Source: Gammaproteobacteria bacterium
GTDB taxonomy: Bacteria > Pseudomonadota > Gammaproteobacteria > SZUA-140
Assembly (NCBI GenBank): GCA_016712635.1
Contig: JADJQS010000008.1
Coordinates: forward strand, 139,268 to 203,267
Length of the DNA: 64,000 nucleotides
Direction: 5' to 3'
Part shown: positions 53,044-64,000 of the stretch, piece by piece
Numbering within the stretch: position 1 is the first letter of the stretch
Layout: every line of letters starts with the position of its first letter
The notes under the pieces: model-generated
Databases searched by the model: none
The model's input: only the letters and a program-made list of their open reading frames with translations
Told to the model about the DNA's origin: nothing
Translations under genes and position numbers: made by a program

Positions 53044-54816
53044 TGTTATGCGCTCGCGCTGGCGCTGCTCCTGCTGCAGCGCCCACATCCTGGCGTACAC
53101 CCCGGCGCCGGCGAGCAGCTCGCGGTGCGTGCCCTGCTCGACCAGACGGCCTTGTTCCATCACCAGGATGCGGTCTGCGTCGACGATGGTCGACAGGCGG
53201 TGCGCGATGACCAGCGTGGTGTGGTCGGCCGCGACCTCGCGCAGCGCGCGCAGGATCGCCTGCTCGGATTCCGAGTCGAGCGCCGAGGTGGCCTCGTCGA
53301 ACACCAGGATGCGCGGCTGCTTGAGGATGGCGCGTGCGATCGCGATGCGCTGTTTTTCGCCGCCGGAGACCTTGAGCCCGCGCTCGCCGACGACGGTGTC
53401 GAAGCCGTCGGGCAGGTTTGCGATGAAGCGAGTCAGGTGCGCCATCTCCGCCGCGCGCTCGATCTCCGCGCGGTCCGCCTCGGGGCGCGCGTAGGCGATG
53501 TTGTAATAGATGGTGTCGTTGAACAGCACCGTGTCCTGCGGCACGATGGCGATGGCCGCGCGCAGGCTCTGCTGGGAGATGTCGCGGATGTCGGCGCCGT
53601 CGATGCGGATCGCGCCCCGGTCGACGTCGTAGAAGCGGAACAGCAGGCGGACCAGGGTGGACTTGCCGCCGCCGCTCGGGCCCACCACCGCCACCTTCTG
53701 CCCGGGCGTGATCTCGAAGCTGATATCGTCGAGGATGCGGCGGCGGTCGTTGTAGGCGAAGCCGACGCGGTCGAAGACGACATGGCCGCGCCCCGCGGGC
53801 AGCGCGGGCGCGGCATGCCTGTCGTTCACGTCACGCTGCTCGGCAAGCAGCCGGAACATGCGCTCCATGTCCGCCAGCGAATGCTTGATCTCGCGATACA
53901 CGAAGCCGAGGAAGTTCATCGGGATGAACATCTGCATCATGTAGACGTTGATCATGACGAGGTCGCCCAGCGTCATGCCGCCGTTGGCGACGCCGCGCCC
54001 GGCCAGCAGCAGCATCCCGGTCATGCCGAAGGTGATGATGGCGCCCTGGCCGATGTTGAGCGAGGCGAGCGAGGTCTGGCTCCTGATCGCGGCGCCCTCC
54101 CAGTCGCGCAGGTTGGCGTCGTAGCGGCGCGCCTCGTAGTCCTCGTTGCCGAAGTACTTCACGGTCTCGTAGTTGAGCAGGCTGTCGATCGCCCGGGTGT
54201 TGGCCTTCGAGTCCATCTCGTTCATCTCGCGCCGGAACTTCATGCGCCATTCGGTCACCAGCAGCGTGAAGGCGATGTAGATGACGGCGCAGCCGAGCGG
54301 GATGAGGGCGAACCAGGCGTCGTAACTGATCAGCAATATGACCGCGATCAGGCCGATCTCGATCAGCGTCGGCAGGATGTTGAACACCATGAAATTGAGC
54401 AGGAAGCTGATGCCGCGGCTGCCGCGTTCGATGTCGCGTGACACGCCGCCGGTCTGGCGGTCGAGGTGGAAGCGCAGCGACAGCGAGTGCAGGTGGCGGA
54501 ACACCTGCAGCGCGATGCGGCGGATCGAGCTCTGGGTGACCTTGGCGAAGATGGCGTCGCGCAATTCGCCGAACACCACACCGGCGAGGCGCACCGCGCC
54601 GTAGCCGAGGATCAGCCCGAGCGGGACGAGGATGACCGGCTGCAGGCTGGCGTCGAGGGCATCGACGATGTGCTTGAGCACCAGCGGGACGCCGACGTTG
54701 GCGACCTTGGCCAGGACCAGGCAGAACAGGGCGAGCAGCACCCGCGGCTTGTGTTCCCACAGGAAGGGGAGCAGGGTCTTCAGGGTGTGCCAGTCGTTGC
54801 GCTCGGGCGGGGTCAT
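53014..54816 (-). CDS. ABC transporter permease/ATP-binding protein, Atm1/ABCB7-like exporter
   Basis: TMD with ...LNYETVKYFGNEDYEARRYD (Atm1-type). NBD has GPSGGGKST, LSGGEKQRIAIAR, and ILVFDEATSALD. Confidence 0.85.
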   Translation of the reverse strand: MTPPERNDWHTLKTLLPFLWEHKPRVLLALFCLVLAKVANVGVPLVLKHIVDALDASLQPVILVPLGLILGYGAVRLAGVVFGELRDAIFAKVTQSSIRRIALQVFRHLHSLSLRFHLDRQTGGVSRDIERGSRGISFLLNFMVFNILPTLIEIGLIAVILLISYDAWFALIPLGCAVIYIAFTLLVTEWRMKFRREMNEMDSKANTRAIDSLLNYETVKYFGNEDYEARRYDANLRDWEGAAIRSQTSLASLNIGQGAIITFGMTGMLLLAGRGVANGGMTLGDLVMINVYMMQMFIPMNFLGFVYREIKHSLADMERMFRLLAEQRDVNDRHAAPALPAGRGHVVFDRVGFAYNDRRRILDDISFEITPGQKVAVVGPSGGGKSTLVRLLFRFYDVDRGAIRIDGADIRDISQQSLRAAIAIVPQDTVLFNDTIYYNIAYARPEADRAEIERAAEMAHLTRFIANLPDGFDTVVGERGLKVSGGEKQRIAIARAILKQPRILVFDEATSALDSESEQAILRALREVAADHTTLVIAHRLSTIVDADRILVMEQGRLVEQGTHRELLAGAGVYARMWALQQEQRQRERITQDLGLRTED

Positions 54817-54947
54817 GACACGCCCAGCTTACCGGGGGGTTGCCGCACAGGCAATGAAGGTCCGCCCGCCCGTTTATGCCCTCGGCTTGAATTTTCCCGG
54901 GAAAAGCCCCATCGTCTGGTGTGGTTTGTAACAGAAGGGGTACGCGA

Positions 54948-55274
54948 ATGCCGATTTACGAATATTCCTGCGGCGCCTGCGGGCACGCACTGGAAGCGAT
55001 GCAGAAGATGAACGACCCGGCGCTGACCGACTGTCCCGCCTGCGGCAAGCCGGCGCTGAAGAAGCAGATATCCGCCGCGGGCTTCGTGCTCAAGGGCGGC
55101 GGCTGGTACGCCACCGATTTCCGCGACAAGGGCAAGAAGAAGGACGACACCCAGAAAGACGACACCCAGAAAGACGACGCCAAGAAAGACTCCAAGTCTG
55201 CCGCTGCGGGCGATGCCCCCGCGCCGGCCGCCGCCGGGTGTGGCTCGGGCGCCTGCGACGCCTGCGCGGACTGA
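54948..55274 (+). CDS. FmdB-family zinc-ribbon protein
   Basis: MPIYEYSCGACGH...CPACG CxxC pairs and an acidic/Lys-rich tail. Conserved partner of DUF502 upstream of aspS. Confidence 0.8.
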   Translation: MPIYEYSCGACGHALEAMQKMNDPALTDCPACGKPALKKQISAAGFVLKGGGWYATDFRDKGKKKDDTQKDDTQKDDAKKDSKSAAAGDAPAPAAAGCGSGACDACAD

Positions 55275-55286
55275 CCCGGCCGCCGC

Positions 55287-55910
55287 ATGGCATTGTTTCG
55301 CAAGTATCTCATTGCCGGGCTCATCGTCTGGGTGCCGGTGGTCGCGACCCTGTTCGTCATCAAGGTGGTCGTCGACCTGCTCGACCAGGTGCTGCTGATC
55401 CTGCCGGGGCGCTTCCACCCCGACACGCTGCTGGGATTCCACCTCCCCGGCCTCGGGGTGCTGCTCTCGATCTTCGTCGTGCTCGCGACCGGCGTGGTCG
55501 TCGCCAACCTGTTCGGGCGCCAGCTGGTGGCGGCCTGGGAGGCGCTGATGGCGCGCATTCCGCTGGTACGCACCATCTATTCGAGCGTGAAGCAGCTCAC
55601 CGAATCGGTGTTTACCACCACGGGGATGTCCTTCCGCAAGGTGCTGCTGATCCAGTTCCCGGGTCCGGGCATGTGGACGCTCGCCTTCTATACCGGCGAA
55701 CTGTCGGGCGAGGTGAGCGAGCGCCTGGAGCAGGAGCTGATCAACGTGTATGTCCCCACCGTCCCGATACCGACCACCGGCTATTTCATCATGATGTCGC
55801 GCGCCGACGTCATCGAAATCGACATGTCGGTGGACGACGCCCTCAAGATGATGCTCACACTGGGCGTGATCATCCCGGAGTGGAAGAAGCGGGAGCTGAC
55901 CGGTAGCTGA
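55287..55910 (+). CDS. DUF502 family membrane protein
   Basis: MALFRKYLIAGLIVWVPVVATLFV...IPLVRTIYSSVKQL is typical of DUF502. Confidence 0.75.
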   Translation: MALFRKYLIAGLIVWVPVVATLFVIKVVVDLLDQVLLILPGRFHPDTLLGFHLPGLGVLLSIFVVLATGVVVANLFGRQLVAAWEALMARIPLVRTIYSSVKQLTESVFTTTGMSFRKVLLIQFPGPGMWTLAFYTGELSGEVSERLEQELINVYVPTVPIPTTGYFIMMSRADVIEIDMSVDDALKMMLTLGVIIPEWKKRELTGS

Positions 55911-55930
55911 CGGAGGCGGTTTCCCCAACA

Positions 55931-56061
55931 GGGGGACAGATTTCAAATCTGTCCCCGAACACCGTTGTCCCCGACCGCCGACGGATGAGCTTGAGATAAA
56001 TCGGGGACAGACTTCAAGTCTGTCCCTTTCCGTCATGGGGACGGATTTGAAATCCGTCCCC
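55931..56061. repeat. REP-like cluster of three full palindromes (55931-55956 GGGGGACAGATTTCAAATCTGTCCCC; 56003-56026 GGGGACAGACTTCAAGTCTGTCCC; 56037-56061 GGGGACGGATTTGAAATCCGTCCCC)
   Basis: Lies in the 5' leader of aspS. Two units are compensatory variants. Confidence 0.85.
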
Positions 56062-56149
56062 GAATATGCGGAAAGTGATAGAATACCCCGCTCAACCGGC
56101 CGCGGCCGGTTCGTGCTTCGTTTCCGACATCCAACTTTCAACTGAATCT

Positions 56150-57925
56150 ATGCGCACCCACTACTGCGGTCACGTCACCGAGGCCCTGGTCGACCAGGAG
56201 GTTGAACTCTGCGGCTGGATGCACCGCCGGCGCGACCACGGCGGCGTGATCTTCGTCGACCTGCGCGACCGCGAGGGCCGGGTGCAGGTGGTGTTCGATC
56301 CGACGGTGCCCGACAGCTTCCTGGTCGCGGAGAAGGTGCGCAGCGAATTCGTGCTGCGCGTCAAGGGTCGCGTGCGGCCGCGCCCGCCCGGCACCGTGAA
56401 CCCCGACCTGCCGACCGGCCGGGTCGAGGTGCTGTGCCGCGAACTGGAGATCCTGAACCCGGCGGAGACGCCGCCGTTCGTGCTCGACGAGGACAGCGAG
56501 GTGAACGAGGACGTGCGCCTGCGCTACCGCTACCTCGACCTGCGCCGGCCGCTCATGCTGCGCAACCTCACGCTGCGTTTCCAGGTGGCGCGCACGCTGC
56601 GCCGCCACCTCGAGGACCAGGGTTTCATGGAGATCGAGACCCCGATCCTGACCAAGTCCACGCCGGAGGGCGCGCGCGACTTCCTGGTGCCGAGCCGCAA
56701 CAGCCCGGGCGAATTCTATGCCCTGCCGCAGTCGCCGCAGCTGTTCAAGCAACTGCTGATGGTGGCGGGCATGGACCGCTATTACCAGATCGTGCGCTGC
56801 TTCCGCGACGAGGACCTGCGCGCCGACCGCCAGCCCGAATTCACCCAGCTCGACATCGAGACCTCGTTCCTCGACGACGAGCAGTTGATGACGCTGATGG
56901 AGCGCATGATCCGCGAACTGTTCGCGGAAGTGCTCGAGGTGGCGCTGCCCGACCCGTTCCCGCGCATGACCCACGCCGAGGCGGTGGCGCGCTTCGGCAT
57001 CGACCGCCCGGACCTGCGCATCCCGCTCGAGCTGACCGAGGTCACCGACCTGATGAAGGCGGTCGATTTCAAGGTATTTGCCGGCCCGGCCAACGACCCG
57101 CACGGCCGCATCGCCGCGCTGCGCCTGCCGCGCGGCGGCGAACTGACGCGCAAGGAGATCGACGACTACACCCAGTTCGTCGCCATCTACGGCGCGCGGG
57201 GGCTGGCCTACATCAAGGTCAACCAGCGCGCCGGCGGCCGCGACGGCCTGCAGTCGCCGATCCTCAAGTTCCTGCCCGACGACGTCATCGCGGCGATCCT
57301 CGAGCGCACCGGGGCGGAGGACGGCGACCTGATCTTCTTCGGCGCCGACAAGGCCAAGGTCGTCAACGAATCGCTCGCCGCGCTGCGCGTGAAACTCGGT
57401 CATGACCGCGGCCTGGTCGCGCACGGCTGGCGCCCGCTGTGGGTGGTCGATTTCCCGATGTTCGAGTGGGACGACAAGGGCAACCGCTGGGCCGCGCTGC
57501 ACCACCCGTTCACGCGGCCGCGCGTCCGGGACGCCGCCGAGCTGGAGGCCAGCCCGGGCCAGGCCACCTCGTTCGCCTACGACATGGTGCTGAACGGCAC
57601 CGAGGTCGGCGGCGGCTCGATCCGCATCCACCGCAGCGAGATCCAGTCGGCGGTGTTCCGCCTGCTCGGCATCAGCGACGAGCAGGCCGAGGCCAAGTTC
57701 GGCTTCCTGCTGCGCGCCCTCAAGTTCGGCTGCCCGCCGCACGGCGGCATCGCCTTCGGCCTCGACCGCCTGGTGATGCTGATGACGGGCTCGCCGTCGA
57801 TCCGCGACGTGATCCCCTTCCCCAAGACGCAGACCGGCGCCTGCCTGATGACCGATGCGCCATCGCCGGTCGACGAGGAGCAGTTGCGCGAACTCGGCCT
57901 CCGCATCCGCAAGGCGGCGCCGTAG
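56150..57925 (+). CDS. aspS: aspartate--tRNA ligase
   Basis: [43 protein letters not shown] plus class II motifs ([18 protein letters not shown]; GGGSIRIH). Confidence 0.95.
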   Translation: MRTHYCGHVTEALVDQEVELCGWMHRRRDHGGVIFVDLRDREGRVQVVFDPTVPDSFLVAEKVRSEFVLRVKGRVRPRPPGTVNPDLPTGRVEVLCRELEILNPAETPPFVLDEDSEVNEDVRLRYRYLDLRRPLMLRNLTLRFQVARTLRRHLEDQGFMEIETPILTKSTPEGARDFLVPSRNSPGEFYALPQSPQLFKQLLMVAGMDRYYQIVRCFRDEDLRADRQPEFTQLDIETSFLDDEQLMTLMERMIRELFAEVLEVALPDPFPRMTHAEAVARFGIDRPDLRIPLELTEVTDLMKAVDFKVFAGPANDPHGRIAALRLPRGGELTRKEIDDYTQFVAIYGARGLAYIKVNQRAGGRDGLQSPILKFLPDDVIAAILERTGAEDGDLIFFGADKAKVVNESLAALRVKLGHDRGLVAHGWRPLWVVDFPMFEWDDKGNRWAALHHPFTRPRVRDAAELEASPGQATSFAYDMVLNGTEVGGGSIRIHRSEIQSAVFRLLGISDEQAEAKFGFLLRALKFGCPPHGGIAFGLDRLVMLMTGSPSIRDVIPFPKTQTGACLMTDAPSPVDEEQLRELGLRIRKAAP

Positions 57926-58154
57926 CGGGATGCGCGGCGCAAGCCGCGGTGACGCAACGGGTTTTTATCCCGTGACCGTGTCATTGCGGCGCTGCTTTGT
58001 TAACATGGATGCCAGCCGCCTCTTGATATTCAGACTGACCGCAGCAAAGTTGTTCCAAACAGGCATGTAGCCCGGATGGCGCGCAGCACCTCCATCCGGG
58101 CTACGATTCTGATCCGACCTGCGATTTTGATTGATTGAGTGAGGTTGTAGCGCC

Positions 58155-59252
58155 ATGACCGCGAACGCCGCCGTCGTTCCGACCGCACCGGACGTCACCG
58201 GTGAGGAGTGGGAGGCCCGCATCCGCGCCGCCAAGGCCGCGCTGGGCGAGCGCCTGCTCATCCTCGGCCACCACTACCAGCGCGAGGAGGTCTACCGCCA
58301 CGCCGATGTGAGCGGCGACTCGCTCAAGCTGTCGCGCCAGGCGGCGGCCTCGCGCGCCGAATTCATCGTGTTCTGCGGTGTGCACTTCATGGCGGAGGTG
58401 GCCGACATCCTGACCCGGCCGGAACAGCGCGTCATCCTGCCCGACCTCAGCGCCGGCTGTTCCATGGCCGACATGGCGAACCTCGCCAAGGTCGAGCGCG
58501 CCTGGCGCGAGCTGGCCACCGTGCTCGCGCCGGACGAGACCGTGACGCCGGTCACCTACATCAATTCCGCCGCCGACCTCAAGGCCTTCTGCGGCCGCCA
58601 CGGCGGCATCGTCTGCACCTCGTCGAACGCCGGCCGCATCCTCGAGTGGTCGTTCGCGCGGCGCGCGAAGGTGCTGTTCTTCCCCGACCAGCACCTCGGC
58701 CGCAACACCGGCCACCGCATGGGTATCCCGCTCGACGAGATGGTGGTATGGGACTTCAACCAGCCGCTCGGCGGCCTGACGCCGGAGCAGATCCGGAATG
58801 CGCGCATCATCCTGTGGAAGGGCTTCTGTTCGGTGCACCAGATGTTCCGCCCCGAGCACGTCGACCGCTTCCTCGCGCAGTACCCGGAGGCGAAGGTCAT
58901 CTCGCACCCGGAATGCTCGTTCGAGGTGTGCCAGAAGTCGGACTTCGTCGGCTCGACCGAGTACATCATCCGGACCGTCGCCGATTCGGCGCCCGGCACG
59001 CGCTGGCTGGTCGGCACCGAGCTCAACATGGTGCAGCGCCTGCACGAGCGCCACCGCCACGAGGGCAAGTCCGTGCACTTCATGTCGCCGACGATCTGCA
59101 TGTGCTCGACCATGTTCCGCATCGACCCGCCGCATCTGTGCCGGGCGCTGGAGGCGCTGGTCGAGGGTCGCGTGATCAACCAGATCTCGGTGCCGGCGGA
59201 CGAGGCCGCCGAGGCGCGGCTGGCGCTGGAGCGGATGCTGGACCTGCCGTAG
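58155..59252 (+). CDS. nadA: quinolinate synthase A
   Basis: CGVHFMAE, CSMADMA and HPECS cysteine motifs. The overlapping 424-aa minus-strand ORF is spurious. Confidence 0.9.
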   Translation: MTANAAVVPTAPDVTGEEWEARIRAAKAALGERLLILGHHYQREEVYRHADVSGDSLKLSRQAAASRAEFIVFCGVHFMAEVADILTRPEQRVILPDLSAGCSMADMANLAKVERAWRELATVLAPDETVTPVTYINSAADLKAFCGRHGGIVCTSSNAGRILEWSFARRAKVLFFPDQHLGRNTGHRMGIPLDEMVVWDFNQPLGGLTPEQIRNARIILWKGFCSVHQMFRPEHVDRFLAQYPEAKVISHPECSFEVCQKSDFVGSTEYIIRTVADSAPGTRWLVGTELNMVQRLHERHRHEGKSVHFMSPTICMCSTMFRIDPPHLCRALEALVEGRVINQISVPADEAAEARLALERMLDLP

Positions 59253-59320
59253 GGGGACAGATTTCAAATCTGTCCCCTTCTCCTTTCGGTAAGGTATGGG
59301 GACAGACTTAAGTCTGTCCC
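59251..59320. repeat. REP-like cluster (GGGGGACAGATTTCAAATCTGTCCCC 59251-59276; GGGGACAGACTTAAGTCTGTCCCC 59297-59320)
   Basis: Starts at the nadA stop codon. Confidence 0.85.
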
Positions 59321-59328
59321 CATGTCCT

Positions 59329-59949
59329 ATGACGGTCATCTTCCTCCACGGCATCTGGATGACCGGCCCCGACATGGCGGTGCTGCGCCGCCGCGTGCGC
59401 GCCTGCGGTTTCCCGGTCCGGCAGTTTTCCTATCCGAGCGTACGCATCCCCCCGCGCGAGAACGCCGCGCGCCTGCAGCGCTGGCTCGCGGGCGTCGAGG
59501 CCGACACGGTGCATTTCGTCGCGCACAGCCTGGGCGGGCTGGTGCTGCGCTGGCTGCTGCACGATTTCCCCGCCCAGCGGCCCGGCCGCGTCGTCACCCT
59601 CGGCACGCCGCACGCCGGCAGCCGGGTCGCGGCGGCCTGCGTCCGGCGGCCGGTGCTGCGCCGGGTGCTGGGCGCGAGCGTGGAGCGGGGCCTGCTCGGC
59701 GACCTCCCGCCCTGGGACGGCACGCGCGAGCTCGGCGTCATCGCCGGTACGCGCGAATTCGGCATCGGGCGCTTCGTCACCCGCCTGGCGCCGCCCCACG
59801 ACGGCACGGTGGAGGTCGGCGAGACCTGCCTCGACGGCATGACGGATTTCGTCACCGTCCGCGCCACGCATCTGGGGCTGCTCTATTCCGCGGCGGCCGC
59901 GCGGCAGGTGTGCGCCTTCCTCGCCGGCGGGCGTTTCCAGGGTGGGTAG
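59329..59949 (+). CDS. alpha/beta-hydrolase fold protein (lipase/esterase-like, GHSLGG nucleophile elbow)
   Basis: MTVIFLHGIWMTG...VHFVAHSLGGLV. Confidence 0.7.
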   Translation: MTVIFLHGIWMTGPDMAVLRRRVRACGFPVRQFSYPSVRIPPRENAARLQRWLAGVEADTVHFVAHSLGGLVLRWLLHDFPAQRPGRVVTLGTPHAGSRVAAACVRRPVLRRVLGASVERGLLGDLPPWDGTRELGVIAGTREFGIGRFVTRLAPPHDGTVEVGETCLDGMTDFVTVRATHLGLLYSAAAARQVCAFLAGGRFQGG

Positions 59950-59993
59950 GGGACGGATTTGTCGGATAAGGGGACAGACTTAAGTCTGTCCCC
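59949..59993. repeat. REP-like cluster (half unit + GGGGACAGACTTAAGTCTGTCCCC 59970-59993)
   Basis: Read from the sequence. Confidence 0.8.
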
Positions 59994-60100
59994 TTGCTTA
60001 TGCTTATATATATGGATGGCGAGTTACAAGCGGCGGAAAAATCGCTACACTGCAACCAATTCCGCTCCGTACCCGTCCCCACGGGGATGACACTCATTTT

Positions 60101-60619
60101 ATGGCACGCATACTCGGCATAGACCCAGGTTCGCGCGTGACCGGTTTCGGCGTGATCGAGACCGGCGGCCGCAAGCCCGTGTACATCGCGAGCGGCTGCG
60201 TCCGCAGCGACGACGACGACCTGGCGCGGCGCCTGAAGACCATCTTCGAGGGCCTGTGCGCGGTCATCGCCGAGCACCGACCGGACGAGGCGGTGATCGA
60301 GAACGTGTTCGTCAAGCGCAACATCGAGTCCGCCCTGAAGCTGGGCCAGGCGCGCGGGGCCGCGATCACCGCCCTCGCGATCCACGGGCTGAGCGTCCAC
60401 GCCTACAGTCCGGCCCAGATCAAGCTCGCCGTCGCCGGCAAGGGCAACGCCGCCAAGGAGCAGATCCAGCACATGGTGCGCGCGCTGCTCAGCCTCCCCG
60501 CGGCGCCGCAGGCCGACGCCGCCGACGCGCTTGCCTGCGCGCTGTGCCACTGCCACACCGGCGCAACGCTCGCGCACATCGCGCGCGCCGGCGCGCTGGC
60601 GCGGGAACAGCGGCTGTGA
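60101..60619 (+). CDS. ruvC: crossover junction endodeoxyribonuclease RuvC
   Basis: MARILGIDPGSRVTGFGVIE...ENVFV matches RuvC catalytic motifs. Confidence 0.93.
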   Translation: MARILGIDPGSRVTGFGVIETGGRKPVYIASGCVRSDDDDLARRLKTIFEGLCAVIAEHRPDEAVIENVFVKRNIESALKLGQARGAAITALAIHGLSVHAYSPAQIKLAVAGKGNAAKEQIQHMVRALLSLPAAPQADAADALACALCHCHTGATLAHIARAGALAREQRL

Positions 60620-61215
60620 TCGGGCGCCTGCGCGGCACGCTGGTCCAGCGCCAGGCCCCGTTCCTGCTGCTCGACGTGAACGGCGTCGGCTACGAGCTCG
60701 AGGCCACCATGAGCACCTTCAGCGACCTGCCCGCGCCGGGCGCCGAGTGCGTGGTCTACACCCACCTGATCGTGCGCGACGACGCCCACCTGCTGTACGG
60801 TTTCGCCGACCTCGCCGAGCGCGCGCTGTTCCGCGAGCTGATCAAGGTCAACGGCGTCGGCGCGCGCATGGCAATGAACGTGCTGTCCGCCATGCCGGTC
60901 GGAGAGTTCGCGCGCAGCATCCACGAGGGCGACACCGCCGCGCTGACCCGGGTGCCGGGCATCGGCAGGAAGTCGGCCGAGCGCCTGATCGTCGAGATGC
61001 GCGACCGCCTCGGCGAAGATCACCCCGCCGGCGCGCCGGCGCTTGCCGCCGCCCGCCCCGGCGCGCCGGCCGATCCGGTGCACGACGCGGTGAGCGCGCT
61101 CGCCGCGCTCGGCTACAAGCCGCACGAGGCGAGCCGCATGGTGCGGGGCATCGACGCCACGGGCAAGAACAGCGAGGAGATCATCCGCTCCGCGCTGCAG
61201 GCGGCGGTGAGATAG
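60616..61215 (+). CDS. ruvA: Holliday junction DNA helicase RuvA
   Basis: GTG start overlapping the ruvC stop. IGRLRGTLV...LLDVNGVGYEL...KVNGVGARMAMNVLS (HhH motifs). Confidence 0.9.
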   Translation: MIGRLRGTLVQRQAPFLLLDVNGVGYELEATMSTFSDLPAPGAECVVYTHLIVRDDAHLLYGFADLAERALFRELIKVNGVGARMAMNVLSAMPVGEFARSIHEGDTAALTRVPGIGRKSAERLIVEMRDRLGEDHPAGAPALAAARPGAPADPVHDAVSALAALGYKPHEASRMVRGIDATGKNSEEIIRSALQAAVR

Positions 61216-61218
61216 CGC

Positions 61219-62259
61219 ATGATCGAGACCGACCGCATCATCATGGCGGAGGGCCTCCGCGGCGAGGACGTGGTGGATCGCGCGGTGCGCCCGGCCCGGC
61301 TCGCCGACTACGTCGGGCAACTGGCCGTGCGCGAGCAGATGGAGATCTTCATCCGCGCCGCCGGGGCGCGCAACGAGGCGCTCGATCACACCCTGATCTT
61401 CGGGCCGCCCGGCCTCGGCAAGACCACGCTCGCCCACATCATCGCCAACGAGCTCGGCGTGAACCTGCGCCACACCTCGGGTCCGGTGCTGGAGCGCGCC
61501 GGCGACCTCGCCGCGCTGCTCACCAACCTGGAGCCGAAGGACGTCCTGTTCATCGACGAGATCCACCGCCTGAGCCCGGTCATCGAGGAGGTGCTCTATC
61601 CGGCGATGGAGGACTACCAGCTCGACATCATGATCGGCGAGGGCCCGGCGGCGCGCTCCATCAAGCTCGACCTGCCGCCCTTCACGCTGGTCGGGGCGAC
61701 CACGCGCGCCGGCCTGCTCACCTCGCCGCTGCGCGACCGCTTCGGCATCGTGCAGCGGCTGGAGTTTTACACGGTGGAGCAGCTGACCGCCATCGTGACG
61801 CGCGCGGCCGGCATCCTCGGGGTGCCGATCGACGCGGCGGGGGCGGGCGAGATCGCGCGCCGCTCGCGCGGCACCCCGCGCATCGCCAACCGCCTGCTGC
61901 GGCGGGTGCGCGACTACGCCGAGGTGCGCCAGGACGGGCGCGTCACCGGCGCGGTCGCCGACCAGGCCCTGCGCATGCTCGACGTGGACGCCGGCGGCCT
62001 CGATGCCATGGACCGCCGCCTGCTGCTGACCATCATCGAGAAGTTCGAAGGCGGCCCGGTCGGCGTGGACAGCCTGGCGGCCGCAATCGGCGAGGAGCGC
62101 GGCACCATCGAGGACGTGATCGAGCCGTTCCTGATCCAGGAGGGCTACCTCATGCGCACCGCGCGCGGCCGCATGGTGATGCGCGGCACCTATCAGTACC
62201 TCGGGCTGACCCCGCCGGACCGGGCGGCGCCGGCACCGGACCTGTTCGGGGTGCAATGA
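61219..62259 (+). CDS. ruvB: Holliday junction DNA helicase RuvB
   Basis: [20 protein letters not shown], and the C-terminal winged helix. Confidence 0.95.
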   Translation: MIETDRIIMAEGLRGEDVVDRAVRPARLADYVGQLAVREQMEIFIRAAGARNEALDHTLIFGPPGLGKTTLAHIIANELGVNLRHTSGPVLERAGDLAALLTNLEPKDVLFIDEIHRLSPVIEEVLYPAMEDYQLDIMIGEGPAARSIKLDLPPFTLVGATTRAGLLTSPLRDRFGIVQRLEFYTVEQLTAIVTRAAGILGVPIDAAGAGEIARRSRGTPRIANRLLRRVRDYAEVRQDGRVTGAVADQALRMLDVDAGGLDAMDRRLLLTIIEKFEGGPVGVDSLAAAIGEERGTIEDVIEPFLIQEGYLMRTARGRMVMRGTYQYLGLTPPDRAAPAPDLFGVQ

Positions 62260-62358
62260 CGGGTTTTCCGCGGTTTTTCCGCGCCACGCGCGGAAAATGC
62301 GCCGCAATCTCCATGACATGACGTCCGATTTCCTCTAATATTCCCGACTTTGTGACAC

Positions 62359-62817
62359 GTGACGATGGCGCGATCGCCCATGTTTTACTGGCCGGTGCGG
62401 GTGTATTACGAGGATACCGACAGCGGCGGCGTGGTTTACTACGCCAATTACCTGAAATATATGGAGCGTGCGCGCACGGAATGGCTGCGGAACCTGGGCA
62501 TCGAACAGGATGTCCTGGCCAGGAGCGAGGGAATCATCTTCGCGGTGCGCTCGCTGGCGATCGACTACCTGCGCCCGGCCCGTTTCAACGAGCAGCTGTA
62601 TGCCGGCGCCGAGGTGCGCGCGCGCCGCGCGGCGAGCCTCGAGTTCGCGCAGCGCGTGGTGCGCGCCGACAGCCGGCCGGCCGCGGAGGCGGTGCGGGAG
62701 GGCGGCGCGGAGGAACTGTGCACGGCGCGTGTGCAGATCGTGTGCGTGGACGCGGCGGGGCTGCGGCCGCGGCGCATACCGGAATACCTGATGGCGGAGA
62801 CACTGAGTGAAGGTTGA
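62359..62817 (+). CDS. ybgC: tol-pal system-associated acyl-CoA thioesterase
   Basis: WPVRVYYEDTDSGGVVYYANYLKYMERARTEW is a 4HBT hot-dog fold. Position is upstream of tolQ. Confidence 0.88.
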   Translation: MTMARSPMFYWPVRVYYEDTDSGGVVYYANYLKYMERARTEWLRNLGIEQDVLARSEGIIFAVRSLAIDYLRPARFNEQLYAGAEVRARRAASLEFAQRVVRADSRPAAEAVREGGAEELCTARVQIVCVDAAGLRPRRIPEYLMAETLSEG

Positions 62818-63525
62818 CTTGTCGTTGTTCCACCTGGTGACGAACGCCAGCTTCCTGGTGCAGATGATCATGCTGCTCCTGCTGCTGGCCTCGGTCGCGT
62901 CCTGGACCCTGATCTTCCGCAAGTGGCGCGAGCTGAAGACCGCGCGCCTGACCATGGACCAGTTCGAGGACCGCTTCTGGTCGGGCGGCGACATCGCCGA
63001 GCTGCACCAGAAGATCTCCGCGCGCAAGCAGGTGATCCAGGGCGCCGAGCAGCTCTTCAACGTCGGCTTCACCAGCTACCTGCACATCCTGAAGAAGAAG
63101 GGCGCGAGCACGGCCGAGGTGCTGGACGGCACGCGCCGCGCGATGCGCGTGGCGCTCAACCGCGAGGCGGACAAGCTCGAGACCCACCTGCCGTTCCTCG
63201 CCACCGTCGGTTCGATCAGTCCCTTCGTCGGCCTGTTCGGCACGGTGTGGGGCATCATGAATTCCTTCCGCGCGCTCGGCAACGTGAGCCAGGCGACGCT
63301 GGCGATGGTCGCCCCCGGCATCGCCGAGGCGCTGATCGCCACCGCCATGGGCCTGTTCGCGGCCATCCCGGCCGTCATCGCCTATAACCGCTACGTTCAC
63401 GAGGTGGAGCGGATGATCAACCGCTACGACAACTTCCTCGAGGAATTCACCGCCATCCTGCAGCGCCAGACGCCGAGCGGCCTCGGCGGCGGCAGGTCCG
63501 CGGTCGTCACGGAGGAGGCCGACTG

Positions 63526-63526
<1 letters not shown>
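62807..63526 (+). CDS. tolQ: Tol-Pal system protein TolQ
   Basis: GTG start. ...LLLLLASVASWTLIF... and the MotA/TolQ/ExbB C-terminal motif. Confidence 0.9.
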
Positions 63527-63957
<431 letters not shown>

Positions 63958-63961
63958 CCCG

Positions 63962-64000
63962 ATGAAGCGACCGAATCTGCTGGCGGAGATCGCGTCCGGC
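63962..64000 (+). CDS. tolA: TolA, N-terminal fragment (continues beyond the window)
   Basis: MKRPNLLAEIASG begins right after tolR. Position is consistent with the ybgC-tolQRA operon. Confidence 0.5.
   Translation, partial: MKRPNLLAEIASG

Noticed and set aside
57926-58154. Possible terminator hairpin after aspS (ACGGGtttttatCCCGT)
   Set aside because: The stem is short (5 bp) with a 7-nt loop and no clean downstream T-run. This is not convincing enough to report.
58101-59375. 424-aa minus-strand ORF over nadA
   Set aside because: nadA motifs (CGVHFMAE, CSMADMA, HPECS) are on the plus strand. The minus ORF's start is built from REP repeat sequence.

Overview
This is a high-GC (~65-70%) gammaproteobacterial chromosomal window with core-genome synteny. 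The opening block is prfA'-hemA divergent from a TPR lipoprotein, lolB and ispE, then tRNA-Gln, prs, rplY, pth, ychF and tRNA-Met. Further on come aspA-family lyase, acylphosphatase, nadC, clpB, hrpB, acnA, aspS, nadA, ruvCAB, ybgC and tolQR with the start of tolA. A sulfur/carbon-fixation block sits mid-window: an orphan form II RuBisCO gene cbbM, two DsrE-like proteins, TerC, a split YeeE/YedE pair and a FadL-like outer membrane protein. Between these are accessory segments and unexplained structure:
- an AT-rich islet (27.1-30.8 kb) with two toxin-antitoxin modules and a decayed third;
- a tRNA-Met-adjacent locus with two paralogous secreted Gly/Thr-rich proteins and a BaeSR-like two-component system;
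- cbbM flanked by duplicated phnA copies (one decayed) and a perfect 24-bp inverted-repeat hairpin element;
- a dispersed family of about 25-bp palindromic REP-like elements (GGGGACAGATTT-n-AAATCTGTCCCC) at 10 intergenic loci;
- two different inverted tandem-heptamer arrays flanking one membrane-protein gene;
- a GspE/MshE-like ATPase with an unusual roughly 220-aa N-terminal extension;
- three apparent single-base frameshifts (cbbM 5' end, a HigA-like antitoxin, a ChaN-PDZ lipoprotein) that need read-level checking.
Many long antisense ORFs in the supplied track are GC-driven artefacts and are not reported as features.
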